Origin: Lama glama | Taxonomy: Eukaryota | Assembly: GCA_028534125.1 (NCBI GenBank) | Contig: CM052816.1 | Span: 47,618,001-47,682,000, forward strand | Direction of reading: 5' to 3' | DNA length: 64,000 nucleotides | Shown: positions 49,598 through 62,500 of the stretch, in pieces | How the letters are laid out: each line of letters starts with the position of its first letter | Numbering within the stretch: the stretch's first letter is position 1 | Program-made: the position numbers and the translations under genes | Notes under the pieces: generated by a model | Seen by the model: the letters and a program-made list of their open reading frames with translations, nothing else | Database searches by the model: none | What the model was told of the DNA's origin: nothing

Positions 49598-52500
49598 ACG
49601 TAAGACTTTGTGCTAAAAATGCCAGACATCAGTAGACTCTTAAGAGAAGTCTGTTTTGGGGAAAGAGGACAACATTTTTAGAGTTCTAGTAGAAACAAAG
49701 TTCAGTTAATTTGAGAACTCACTGGTTGAAAATGGTTCTCTGAATAGGGAAGAACTCTTGCAGGTTTATCAGTGCTGATTGGGTAATTCTTATCTCTCAG
49801 AAGGGGTGCAGAGACATTAGGAGCTAAGGTCACGTGCAAAAGAAGATTGAGAGGAACAGCTGTGGAGGTCAAGGGCAAGTGAAGCCCAAACTAGAAGGCT
49901 CTCTTACAGGAACAATATGAAATGCGTACAGGAGACCCGTGGGAGTTGAAACGTTATCAAAATGCAGGATTCTGCCTAGTGGAGAAATTGTGTCCCTTTA
50001 GAATAAAGAAGGGGAAGTATAGTCATTAAGTAAGTTTACTATTTAAGGAACTGTGTAATACAGGATACAGCCTGCAGTGCTAGTCCGGTCAAGGCAGTAA
50101 TTCTTAGGTAGAGAATATTCAGCCTGCTCTGTTTCTCCTGTAGACCCATACCAAAGATTTTTAATTGAGTAATTTTAACCTCACAACTTCTTACCAGGCT
50201 AATCCTTATACAAACTCAACTAAAGTGGGCAGGATTCTTACCTCTGGTGGAATACCTCCTAAAACAAATATCTGGTTAAAAGTACTGAAGGGAGAATGCT
50301 GTGGAATATAGACAGTCTGGATTGTTTGACTTGGTTGACTGAAATCTGTCAAGATTGCAGGCTTTTATTCAGCAGTACAGAGGCAAATTTCTTTGAAAAA
50401 ATGTTTTTAAGTACACACATCAATTCCTCATTAAATCTACATGTTTTTAAATGGTCCGCCACTAACTGTTTTTCTAAGAGTTAAACAAAAATAGTTGAAG
50501 GAAATTGAACAGGTTTCAATAGGTGAAAAAGACTTCCTATCACAACCAGGCAGAGAAAATGACATTTCCGTGAGTGGAGGCCTGCCATGGAAATGCTTTT
50601 AACAAAGCATCTCCCACAAAGCAACCTGGTCAAAGACTGAGGAGCAGAGATATGCATATGAGGAAGCACAATGCCTGGTAATAAACAGGCCTGTTTCTTT
50701 TTAATGTGTAATCTTTTAGCTTTCTGCCTGGATGGTGTTATATAAGGCCATCATAATCAACAAATTTCACTGCTGCTGAGGAGAAGAGGAAGTCTAAACA
50801 CATCAGCAATTTCTTAAGAAAGTGCAAATGCCAAACAAATCAGGAATTCATTAACTAGATGGTGCTGACATTTCCCAGTGGCTTTTGGAGAACTGAACCA
50901 TTCATTCTTCAATCTTTACCCAGGAATGGGGGGCTCTCTGAGAGTACCTCTCAAGTGTGATTTTGTTCAGACTTTTTAAAAAACATGATCTGATGTGCAT
51001 CCCTACCTTCAGGTTTTAGTATTTTGTTGGACATGACCTGGGGTGACTCAGCAGGTGACAAGCCTTCCATGTCTATTCCCAATTCACGCTTACTGCTCAT
51101 CTCTCAGAGGCTGCACTTTCAGCATCATCGACTGCTTGTTACGTCACAGAGCAAGTATAGTAAAATTTCTTTCTAAACTTCTTTTACATTTTTCTGTAGA
51201 TTATGTTGGTTGTCCTTTTTGAAACATTAATTTCATAATTTTGTCTTTATAATATTTGATTCATTGGAGTCAAAAGCTATTCCTAGTCTATAAACAGCAA
51301 GGCTAAATATGGATGTTAATTCTCTTGCCACAGGACTAGAAGCCCACTGGTCAGAGTACCACAGGTGTCCCAAGAGAAAGACAGTAAGGACGTAAAAGAT
51401 GGGCACATGGCTTCAGCCAGTGTGGGATGGGCAGAAACAGTCTGTGTGAATAACTATGTTGAATAAATAAAAAAACAAAATCTCACAATCATGTGAATTA
51501 ACAAGTAATTCCCAGCTTGGGCTCCTGGGTAAAAAAACTTTCCCAGATTCTTCCTCATGGTTATCTTTCATAATTTAAGAACTGATTGATTCTTGAATTG
51601 TTTTAAACTTCCTGCCCACAAAAAGTGAAAATGTTAATCTTAGCTAAGAAGCTTTGTAAGAAACCTTCCACATTCTGTTACAGTATCAATATTATGTTAA
51701 TATTTCAAAGAGCGTTTTATTCTGCATCATATTGGTGTGACTTTGGACATTTGGGCATTTTGGCATGACACTGGTCCAGTGTGTTATGTAGAATTACATT
51801 TGTTTTCAAAAAATTAGATTGATTTTTAGTTGATTTTGTTTCCGGAGTTAAAAACATTTTAAATTTTGGCATTGATTAAATAGCTATAGGCATTCTTGCT
51901 TTGAGTATTATTTTGTAGTATCGTTTTAGAAAGTTTTTCAAAATTTATTGAAATTATGTTTGAGTATCATTTTAGAATGTTTTTCAGTGTGGTTTATTTT
52001 AGTTTGTCATGTAGCAAAAAATGGGAGTAAAGAAGAATATATAATTTTTTGTAAATGTAGCAATATATGCCAATATATTTTCAACTCAAAGAGGTCATCA
52101 GTTTGTCAAATCACCAGTTGTCTACTTGCCCAATCAACTGAACTCTTTCAAGTTTCATATTTTTCAGGCTTTCCCAGTGTGTTCTGAAGTATTTACATTA
52201 TTTTCTATTAGAGAGTTAGAGCGAGGTGATGACTCACAACAAAAATGAAGGTTCATAATTCTTAGTGGATTCTAAAACTTTACTGTCTGTGTAAGGTCAC
52301 AGACAAGATCTTGAGCCCCAGGACTCCTGTGTATTAATATTTCCTCAAGCATACAGTCTACTTAGGCAGAAACCTAAGCAACTGATCTAAAATTTTATAT
52401 AATTCACGTATCAAATTCTAAATCCTCTGGTTATCTGATATAGTCTAAAGTCAAGAAGTTCTCAAGTATACTGGCAACATTTTTATAGACATTAGTAGAG

Positions 52501-53362
52501 AATTTTTTTATAGATAGTTAACAGTAGAGCTCTTAAGTATACAACTAGAATTATCATCTATTAGTATCCATATTCTACTTAGACTCAGAAATTTTAGCCA
52601 CGAGTTTGAACTGTGTTCATCAATAGAACACTCAGTATATCTTTATACATCTTCTCAAGGTTCCAAAGCTACTAGTTCTTTTGCCCAAGTTTTATCAGTT
52701 ATCTCTTGATTAAAGTTTGCCTTCTCGTACTTTCTTCAAAAGCAATTTATTTGGATAGTATTTCTTAAACTCTTGCATATTCAAAAGTATTTTGCCATAA
52801 CCTTTATACCTGAAGTAATCTTGATTGGCAATAAAATCATGGACTTTGCACATGGTTTCCTTGGATAAGTGCGAATTTTATTAGACAATATTTAAAGCCA
52901 GTAATTCTACTGATGTGCCTGTGTAGATTATTCTGGACAGATTTAATCTACTAAAAGTAGCCCTTTCAATTTGAAATTTTAAGTTTTTTTTTTTTTGCTT
53001 CAAGGAACTATTTAGGTATAGTTTTAAATAGTTGTACTGTCCTATTGTTTTAGTTTTCATTTACTTTGACACCAAATTATGCATTTTTTGGATTTCCTCT
53101 GATTTTTTAATCTATCATTTTTCCTTAAAATCATTTTAAAATTTCTTCTTATTCATCTTTATTCTGCATTTCTATCTTCACTTAATGTGCTTCTGTGTTC
53201 TTAGTCATCAGTATCTATTTCTCAAAGTTTTATTGGATACCAGTAAATTCACAGGTAAGAGTTAAGACATGATCAGTAGGCAGTTGATTCTAAAATATGT
53301 ATATGGCCCTTACTATCCCTCAGTCTCTGAATTTGTATATCCATTTGCCTGCCTGGTTTCTT

Positions 53363-55052
53363 TTCTTTTCTTTTCTTTTTTTTCAATTGAAGTGTAGTCA
53401 GTTACAATGTGTCAATTTCTGGTGTACAGCACAATGTCCCAGTCATGCATATACATACATGTATTCATTTTCATTAAAGGTTATTACAATATGTTGAATA
53501 TAGTTCCCAATAGAGAAGAAATTTGTTTTTTACTGTATTTTTATATATAGTAGCTAACATTTGCAGATTTCAAACTCCCAAATTTATCCCTTCCCATCCT
53601 CTTTCCCCCAGTAACCATAAGATTGTTTACTATGTCTGCAAGGCTGTTTCTGTTTTGTAGATGAGTTCATTATTGTCTTCTTTTTTCTTTCTTTAGATTC
53701 AACAGATGAGTGGTATCATATGGTATTTTTCTTCCTCTTTTTGGCTTACTTCACTCACTTAAAATGATGATCTCTGGGTCCACCTATGTTACCACAATTA
53801 GTATTATTTTATTCTTTTTATGGCTGAGTAGTATTCCATTATATAAATATACCATGACTTTTTTATTCAGTCATCTGTCTATGGACATTTAGGTTGCTTC
53901 CATGTTGTGGCTATTGTAAATGGTGCTGCTGTGAACACTGGGGTGCATGTGTCTTTTTGAATTAAGGTTCCCTCTGGATATATGCCCAGGAGTGGGGTTG
54001 CTGGATCATAGGGTGAGTCTATTTTTAGTTTTTTGAGGACTCTCAATACTGTTTTCCATAATGGCTGCACCAAACTACATTCCCACCAACAGTGTAGGAG
54101 GGTTCCCTTTCTCCACACCTTCTCCAGCATTTATCATTTGTGGACTTCTGAGTGATGGCCATTCTGACTGGTGTGAGGTGATGCCTCATTGTAGTTTTGA
54201 TTTGCATTTCTCTGATAATTAGTATATTGAGTATTTTTTCACGTGCCTATTGGCCATTTCTATGTCTTCATTGGAGAATTGCTTGTTTAGGTCTGCCCAT
54301 TTTTGGATTGGGTTGTTTGGTTTTTTGTTATTAAGTTGTGTGAGCTGTTTATATATTCTTGAAATTAAACCTTTGTCAGTTGCATCAGTTGAAAATATTT
54401 TCTCCCATTCCATAGGTGGTTGTTTTGTTTTGCTTATGGTTTCCTTTGCTGTGCAAAAGCTTATAAGTTTAATTAGGTCCCATTTGTTCATTTTTGCTTT
54501 TATTTCTATTGCCTGGATAGACTGCCCTAGGAGAACATTGCTAAGATTTACATCAGGGAGTGTTTTGTCTATGTTTTCTTCTAGGTTTATTGTGTCTTGT
54601 CTTATATTTAAGTCTTTAAGCCGTTTTGCTTTTATTTTTGTGTATGGTGTGAGGGAGTACTCTAACCTCATTGATTTATGTGCAGCTGTCCAGTTTTCCC
54701 AACACCATTTGCTGAAGGACTGTCTTTACTCCATTGTATGTTCTTGCCTCCTTTGTCGAAGATTAATTGACCATAAGTCTGTGGGTTTATTTCTGGGCTC
54801 TCTATTCTGTTCTATTGATCCATATATCTGTTTTTATGCCAATACTATGCTGTTTTGTTTACTGTAGCTCTGTAGTATTGTCTGAAGTCTGGGAGGGTTA
54901 TTTTTCTAGCTTCATTCTTTTTCTTCAATATTGCTTTGGCAATTCTGGGTCTTCTGTGATTCCATATAAATTTTAGGGTTATTTGTTTTAGTTCTGTGAA
55001 AAATGCCATGGGTAATTTGATAGGGATCACATTCAATCTGTAGATTATCTTG
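53363..55052 (-). mobile_element. 5'-truncated young L1 (1.7 kb) with 17-bp TSD
   Basis: ORF2 C-terminal ORFs 54219..54671, 53879..54130 and 54845..55105; TSD tgcctgcctggtttctt (53346-53362) / tgcctgcctgacttctt (55053-55069); highly similar to the 29977-31418 copy. Confidence 0.95.
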
Positions 55053-55069
55053 TGCCTGCCTGACTTCTT

Positions 55070-55645
55070 CACTTGATATATATTTGACCTCTCACACTTA
55101 ACCAAATCCTAGAATTTCTCCCCTCTCAGTCTCAGAATAATACATGAGGCCAGATCCACATAATTGCTCAAGGCAACAATTTTTTTCCTTTCTATTTCTT
55201 CACCCCTCACATCCAGGCTATCATCAGGTCCTGTTGGCTTCTTACTGTAAAGCCTTTGCACTTAACCATCCCCTCTGCCTAGAATTCTTTACCCAAAGAC
55301 AGTCCTAATGCTGGTTACTTTTTGTCATTCATGTTTAAACTAAAATTGTCACATCCTAAATGAAGCTTTCTCTGACTATCCAGTTAAATTTTTGAATGTC
55401 CCCCATAAGTCATCCCTTCATAGAACTTTATTTTATTCTTTTGTGATATTTACCACTATTTACCACAAAAATCTGTCTTATTTTCTCTCTCTCCCTCCTG
55501 TCACATAATTTTCATGAGAGTAAGGACCTTGTATATCTTCATCATAGTGTCCCTAGTACAATGAAAAGGACTTGATACATTCATAGTAATTGAATGGACA
55601 TTCAGTAAGTAGTTGTCAAATATGTGGTTGATCAAATGAATAAGT
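55070..55645 (+). mobile_element. L2 3' fragment
   Basis: gcctttgcacttaaccatcccctctgcctagaattct; catgagagtaaggaccttgt; cattcagtaagtagttg. Confidence 0.65.
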
Positions 55646-56622
55646 GATTCCCAAGAAGTACACTGCATTCTTTCCAAGCTTACTTGAATTTCGCTGGTAT
55701 TATTTAAGTGTCTATTGTGTTTTAAAGTAATGCATCTTTATAATAAAAAGCAGTCAGTCGCTATTCCTGTAAAGATCATGAGAATCAGGAAAACAATCTA
55801 ATTAGTTTATTTAGTGTCTTTGTGTTCCCTACGAATCCATCAAAATAATCCAGATAACTTTTCTTTCATAATAATCTCATCCAATTTTTTCATTAATGCA
55901 ATAGAGACATAAGATCCCAAATAAAAGAAAGTTTAAAAAAAAAATCTCAAGTGAAATGAAAGAAAGACTTGATTTGTGTTCTTTTATTCCACAAAGAAAG
56001 AGAACTAATGCATGAATCTCCAGTATCCTCAGCTTTGGGTGCCCAAAAGGCCATGACGGCTGGGTGGAGTGACGATTACTCTACAAATGGGTCTGCGTTG
56101 AGATCTGTACTCTCTAAACCCAACTGAAGGAGATAAAGCAAGAAAAAGGCAGATTAAGAGAGCATCAAGGTGGCCAAACAGCTTGATTTACTCTCACATC
56201 TCAGAAACTTTCATTAAGATTTACATCATGATGCTGACCTAAGTGGCAAAGCAATTTTTTCATAGCTGAACAAAAAAGCTAATACTCTCCAGCTGGGTCA
56301 GGTAACCTTTTTCTTGCTCACAGCAAGTAATGGAGTTTGCCTCATGTGAATGAGACTGACCAATGGACATATATCGCTGTAGTCCTGTGAAGCAGGTTCC
56401 CCATGTGATAAATCTGCACTCCACTTATTAAGGTTTTTTTAAAAGCCCTTTCTCATTTTATTTGTTTTTCTTAGCAAACCTAAGAAAGGCTATAGGCACA
56501 CACATTTTTAAAAACATGTGTGGGCTGACATTAAAATGCCCAGCAAGATTTTCAAAAGCACCTGAAATAAAAGTGACCCAGTACCTCAGGAACCAAGTAC
56601 CTAAAAATAAAACTAAAGAACA

Positions 56623-56647
56623 ACACACACACACACACATACACACC
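56623..56647. repeat. (CA)n microsatellite
   Basis: Directly visible imperfect CA repeat. Confidence 0.85.
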
Positions 56648-57520
56648 CACTGTATTAAAGAGATTTAATGGTGTCAGAAGTTAGTTAGAATGAATGTTAA
56701 ATGCAATTGATTTCAGAAAATAACTGATTTTTATAAGTGAGAACAATCATAGGGAAGACACCAAAGAGAAACAAAGTGGCTGACTTGCATTAACAGTCCC
56801 AAAGGAAGAAATATGATCATTGTAGAGCAAATTAGTGAATGATACTAACACTATTGAATGAAGTTGGGGCTACATCTCTCAGCCAGGAGGATATCACAGG
56901 CTGAGTCCCTCTAGTCTTGTTCTCACCGTGTCAGCGAATTTTTCCCCTAACTGCTATCCACTGGTTCTCTCCAGCTACTGCTAATGTTTAAGGTGTCTCC
57001 ATGTGAATGTTTAAAAAAAAAAAAAAGAACCATATTATTAGGATACAATAATTTGTTATAAAATAGTTATTTCTTTGGCTTTGGTGGAAGCAATATTCTT
57101 TGTAGCCATTTGATGCTTAATTGTCCCAGTGTCTTTATTATGGAACATGTGACTACACAAAAACATTTTCTTGGACATCAGTGACTAAGTTCTTAATAAT
57201 TTGTAGTTTTGAATTGTAACATTCTCCAGTGAGAAATGATATTGGAAAAGTCAAATACTACAAAAGTATCTAGAACCAAAAACTACAGAAGTACCTAGAT
57301 CTTATCTTTTCAATGATTCCTGCCAGTATGTTGCAGTATTTTAACAGGTGTCATACTGCATTTTAGAAAACAGCTGCACATTTAAAACTTCCTCATGGAA
57401 TGATGCCCCATCAACACCACACTCCTTTACTGTGTTCATTGTTAAATATCAAATGCCAATTTTTATATAGTTGTAGTATTTCATTTTTGTGTAATTCTTC
57501 AAATTGTATGTCATCTAGAA

Positions 57521-57660
57521 CAGTGCTCCTCAAACCTTAACATGCAGATAAGTCAAAAGTGGATTCTCTTAAACCGTAGTTTATGTTTCAGGGCCTGAGA
57601 TTCTGCATTTCTGACAGCCTCCCAGGATGCCAGTCTTGTTGGTCTATGGACCACACAGAA
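57521..57660. mobile_element. MER5A-like hAT element
   Basis: gggcctgagattctgcatttctgacagcctcccagg...ggtctatggaccacac. Confidence 0.7.
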
Positions 57661-58599
57661 AGGCCATAACATTCTTTCTTTCAATATTGTAAAGCATTCT
57701 TTGATTAAATAAAAGTTAGTATTTTATCTTAGAACATACAACTTTTAAAAATAAAATGATTAAGCTGCTGGATTTCAACCAAGTTAATTTTTATACTGAT
57801 GAAATTCCCAGATTAAAAGTAAACAGTTTCTATAATATTAGTTAAGCATTGTTTTAAAATTCTTTATATCTATCTAATACCTACTTTGGATTATTAATGG
57901 TAAATGTATGTAGATTATTACATAGTGATTCACATCATAGTGGCAGTACTTAGGAATTTTGTATGGGGACTTGACAGTTTACAAATGACAGATAATATAA
58001 ACTGAATTATAAAATGTCAAATTAGTCAGTACACTTGCACTAAAAATGTTCCTTAAATTTTATTTTATTTAATTTTACTTTAAGATACCAAGCAGAGTAT
58101 CAGTGGGAAAGGGAGCAGAAACTCCTTATTGAAATGTTGTTATACCAAAAAGTTCTTTTAATTACTGAGTATGTTCCTCCAGAAAAAAAATGCAAATATC
58201 CATCCTGTTAGTACAAGACACTTTATTTTCATTTGTCATAAAATTATCATAATATGCTGAATTTGTTGAAATAATAAACAGGTCTATTTAAAAAATTTTT
58301 TCCTATATACTTCTCTTCTTCACTCTCCCTGCGGCTTTGACTTGGTTTCCCTGTAGGTCTGCTGCAGGACTGCCACCTGAACAACTCCCTTCACTACCCT
58401 CTGGAGTAGGAGTCCCTATTTCCTCCTTCCTGGTTTAATTCTTCATTTTTCTTAAGAAAGGATGCATCAAGGGGAATTTGTAAAAGAACTATACTATGAA
58501 AATATTCACATTATCCTTCTACCTGCTTGATAGCTTACCTATTAGATTAATTGACTTATGTGTGCTTTTGAAAAAGTTCTGATAGCTGTCTGAAAGATC

Positions 58600-59085
58600 T
58601 GTTGGAAAAACTAGTTAGAAAATGATAGAAATAAGAAACAAAGCAAAAGTAAAATGAAATAATTATTACTGCCCCCCCCAAACAAGAAATGTTTTACTAG
58701 AAAAGAAACTTAATCATAGTAAACAAATTGGTGCAGCAATAAATAATAATTGTATACTCATAATGATGGAAACATTGATTCTTGCCAATAAAAATTATGA
58801 CAGAATTATATTGGGATAGGAGGTAGTGTGGAAATCATGTAAAGCTAAATCCTCAACTATCATAATAGGAAGTTAATAACACCTGAAATTGACAAATTTA
58901 AAAAATACTGTAATTATATCACTTAGAAATATAGACCAGTTAAAAAAAATCTCAGTGAGGTTCTTCCTGAGGAGGTGGGTTGAGAAGTAGGGTTTTACAT
59001 GGCAGGAAAATATACTCTTTTGTTATAAGCTAGCAACTTGATTTGTTAGCAATTTATACATATTGATGAAGATTACTAATTTTAA
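58600..59085 (+). mobile_element. Old L1MC/ME 3' region
   Basis: gtaaagctaaatcctcaactatcataataggaagttaata and flanking A-rich sequence typical of L1MC-type 3' UTRs. Confidence 0.5.
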
Positions 59086-59167
59086 AAAGGAAGGCTGGAA
59101 TCATTTGGTATATTTGCATAACAAAATGAATGAGCATGTCAAATATATACCTTTTTGTCAAGTCTGA

Positions 59168-59532
59168 GTTTTATTTTTTGAGGTAACACTAGTTTATAAT
59201 ATTATATAAGTTTCATGTGTATCACATTATATTTTGAATTCTGTATGCACTAAATCATCTCACTACCAAAAGCTTAATTTTCATCCATCACCATATAGTT
59301 GACTACTTGATCCATTTTGCTCCCTCACTGCACCTCCCTTCTGGTAACCACTACTCTGTTCTCTGTACCTATGTGTTTGCTTTGGTTTGGTTTCTTCATT
59401 TATTTTGTTTATTTGTTCGCTTGGTTGGTTTTTTTCTTTAGTATTCCATATATGAGTGAAATCATATGGTATTTGGCTTTCTCTGCCTGATTTATTTCCT
59501 TAGCATAATACCTTTAAGGCTCATCCATGTTG
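59168..59532 (-). mobile_element. Short L1 3' end
   Basis: ctggtaaccactactctgttctctgt...ttccatatatgagtgaaatcatatggtattt; candidate TSD beginning aagtct at 59160 and at about 59534. Confidence 0.85.
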
Positions 59533-59540
59533 TAAGTCTA

Positions 59541-59590
59541 AACATTTTTTTTTCACATTGGACATCTTGAAAATCTGATGCATTTTACAA
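59541..59590. mobile_element. MER104-like fragment
   Basis: acatttttttttcacattggacatcttgaaaatctgatgcattttacaat resembles recalled MER104 (CACATTTTTTCACATTTTAACATCTCTGAAATCGGGATGCATCTTACAATC). Confidence 0.5.
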
Positions 59591-62500
59591 TCTTGTCTAA
59601 TTGCTATGGCTAGGACTTCCAATACTATACTGAGTAGCAGTGGTGAGAGTGGGCATCCTTGTCTTGTCCCAGATCTTAGTGGGAAGGCTTTCAATTTTTC
59701 ACCATTGAGTATCATGCTGGCTGTGGATTTGTCATAAATAGCTTTTATTATGTTGAAATATGTTCCCTCTGTACCCTCTTTGGTGAGAGTTTTTATCATA
59801 AATGGGTGTTGAATTTTATCAACTGCTTTTTCTTCATCTATTGAGATGATCATGTGATTTTTGTCCTTTCTCTTGTTCATGTGGTGTATCACATTGATTG
59901 ATGTGCATATGTTGAACCATTCTCCTGTCCCTGGGATGAACCCAACTTGATCATGGTGTATGATCTTTTTTATCTATTGTTGGATTCTGTTAGCTAATAT
60001 TTTGTTGAGGATTTTTGCATCTATGTTCATCAGTAATATTGGCCTATAGTATTTTTTGGTAGTGTCTTTGTCTGGCTTTGGTATCAGGGTAATAATGGCT
60101 TCATAGAATGAGTTTGGGAGACCTCCCTTCTCATCAAGCTTTTGGAAGAGTTTGAGAAGTATTGGTATGAACTCTTCTTTGTATGTTTGATAGAGATCCC
60201 CAGTGAAGCCATCTTTGTTTGCAGGGAGGTTTTTTATTGCTGATTCTATTTCATTTCTAGTGATTGATCTCTTCAAATGATCTACTTCTTTTTGATTCAG
60301 TTTTGGTGGACTGTATGTTTATAGAAACTTGTCCATTTCTTCCAAGTTGTCCAATTTATTGCCCTATGGTTGTTCATGGTATTCTCTTATGACTTTTTGT
60401 ATTTCTGTGGTGTTGGTTGTAATTTCTCCATTTTCATTTCTAATTTTCTTTATTTTTGTCCTCTCTTTTTTCTTCTTGGTGAGCCTGGCCAGAGGTTTGT
60501 CATTTTTGTTTACTCTTTCAAAAAAATAGCTCTTGGTTTGGTTCATTTTTTCTATTTTTTTAAATGTCTATTTTATTTATTTCCTCCCTGATCTTTATTA
60601 TTTCTTTCCTTCTGCTGACTTTTGGTTTTGTTCTTCTTTTTCTAATTATTTTTGGTGATTGATTAGGTTGTTTATTTGAGATTGTTCTTTTTTGAGGAAG
60701 GCCTGTATCACTATGAACTTCCCTCTTAGAACTGCTTTTGCTGCATTGCATAGATTTTGTGTGGTTGTGTTTTCATTGTCATTTGTCTCAGGTATTTTAA
60801 ATTTTCTTTGATTTCATCATTGACCCATTGGCTTTTTAGTAAGCATGATATTTATTTTTAGTCTCCTTGCTGTCGGTTATGTTTTTGTTTTTGTTTTTGT
60901 ATTTTTTTGTCCTTTGTTTTCCTGTGGTTAATTTCTAATTTCATGCCTTTGTGGTCAGAGAAGATGCTTGGAATAATTTCTGTCCTCTTAAATTCATTGA
61001 GACTTCTTTTCTGCCCGGTTATGAAATCTATCCTAGAGAATGTTCCATCAGCACTTGAAAAGAATTTATATTCTGTTTTGGGGGGATGTAATGTTCTAAA
61101 AATATCAACCAAGTCCAACTGTTCTATTGTGTTACTTAGTATCTCCATTGCCTTATTTTCTGTCTGGAAGACCTGTCCAATGATGTTAGTGGGGTGTTAA
61201 AGACACCTACTATTATTGTGTTCCCATCAATTTCTCCCTTTATGTTTGTTAGTATTTGTTTTATATATTTAGATGCTCCTATATTGGGTGCATATATGTT
61301 AATGAGTATAATATCATCTTCTTGTATTACTCCTTTGATTATTATATAGTGTCCTTTTTTATCTTTCTTTATGGCCTTTGTTTTAAAGTCTATTTTGTCT
61401 GATATGAGTGTTGCTACCCCCACTTTCTTCTCATTTCCATTTGCATGAAATATCTTTTTCCACCCTCTCATTTTCAATCTGTGTGTGTCCTTCACTCTAA
61501 AATTGGTCTCCTGCAGGCAGCATATTGTAGGCTTTTGTTTTATTATGCAATCTGCCACTCTGTCTTTTGATTGGAGTATTTAGTCCATTGACATTTATAG
61601 TAATTATTGATAGATATGTGTTTATTGCCATATTGAACTTTGCTTTCCAGTTGATTTGGTATTTCTTCTTTGTGCCTTTCTTTTCCCTTTTTGTGTGTGT
61701 GTGTGTGTGGTTTAATATTTTTCTTTCGTATTAGCTTGGTTTCTTTTTGTTTTTTGTGACTCTATTGTATACTTTTGATTTGTGGTTACCCTGTCTTTCA
61801 AGTATGTTAACCCCTTACTGTATCTGTTTGCTTCAGACTGGTGGTCATGTAGGCTCAAACACATCCTAAAAAGAAAAGAAAAAATGAGAGAAAAAAATCT
61901 ATATTTTCTTGCTCCCCTCTCCTACCATTTATGATTTTGATGTACTTTTTTTTTTACGTCTTCATGTTTATTCTCTTGCAACTCATTATAGTTATCACAT
62001 TTGCAATTGTGGTTTTCTAATTTCTATAGCTTCCTGCTTTTCTATTTAGAGTAGACCTTTCAATATTTCTTTTAGGATAGGTTTAGTATTGCTGAATTCT
62101 TTCAGTTTTCGCTTATCTGTGAAATTCTTTCTCTTGCCTTCTATTTTAAAGGGTAGTCTTGCCAGTTAGAGTACCCTAGGTTGCAGCTTTTTCTCATTCA
62201 GGACTCAGAATATATCTTGCCCTTCTGGCCAGCTAGGCTTGTGTACAGAAATCAGCTGAAAGCCTTGTGGGGATTCCCTTGTAACTAATTCTTTGTTTTT
62301 CTCTTGCTGCCTTTAAAATAATTTCTTTAACTTTGGCCATCTTAATTATACTGTGTCTTGGTGGAGGTCTGTTTGGGTTCTTCTTGTTTGGGACCCTCTG
62401 TTTTTCCTGTATTTGGATATCTGTTTCCTTCTTTAGGTTTGGAAAATTTTCAGTCATGATTTCTTCAAATACCTTTTCAATTCCCTTTGCTCTTTCTTCT

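Larger units (their letters stand above)
45690..50260 (-). mobile_element. Decayed class I (gamma-like, ERV1) endogenous retrovirus internal region: gag and integrase remnants
   Basis: Manual minus-strand translation: capsid-like VNPQSRSDLHNLVKDL..EEF..GPSDIYQ..WFKKAE (about 48930-49110); FSDGLKSEV in ORF 48708..48905; zinc knuckle remnant KNKGHWKSNC (about 48645-48685); integrase DFI..LTIVCWLEALPCYKAT..SSDR (about 46980-47140), MNGILKLNLA, and GDLIYWK..AYQILLTT..VKLWGTDP*IHVSQLK (46427-46572). Confidence 0.8.
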
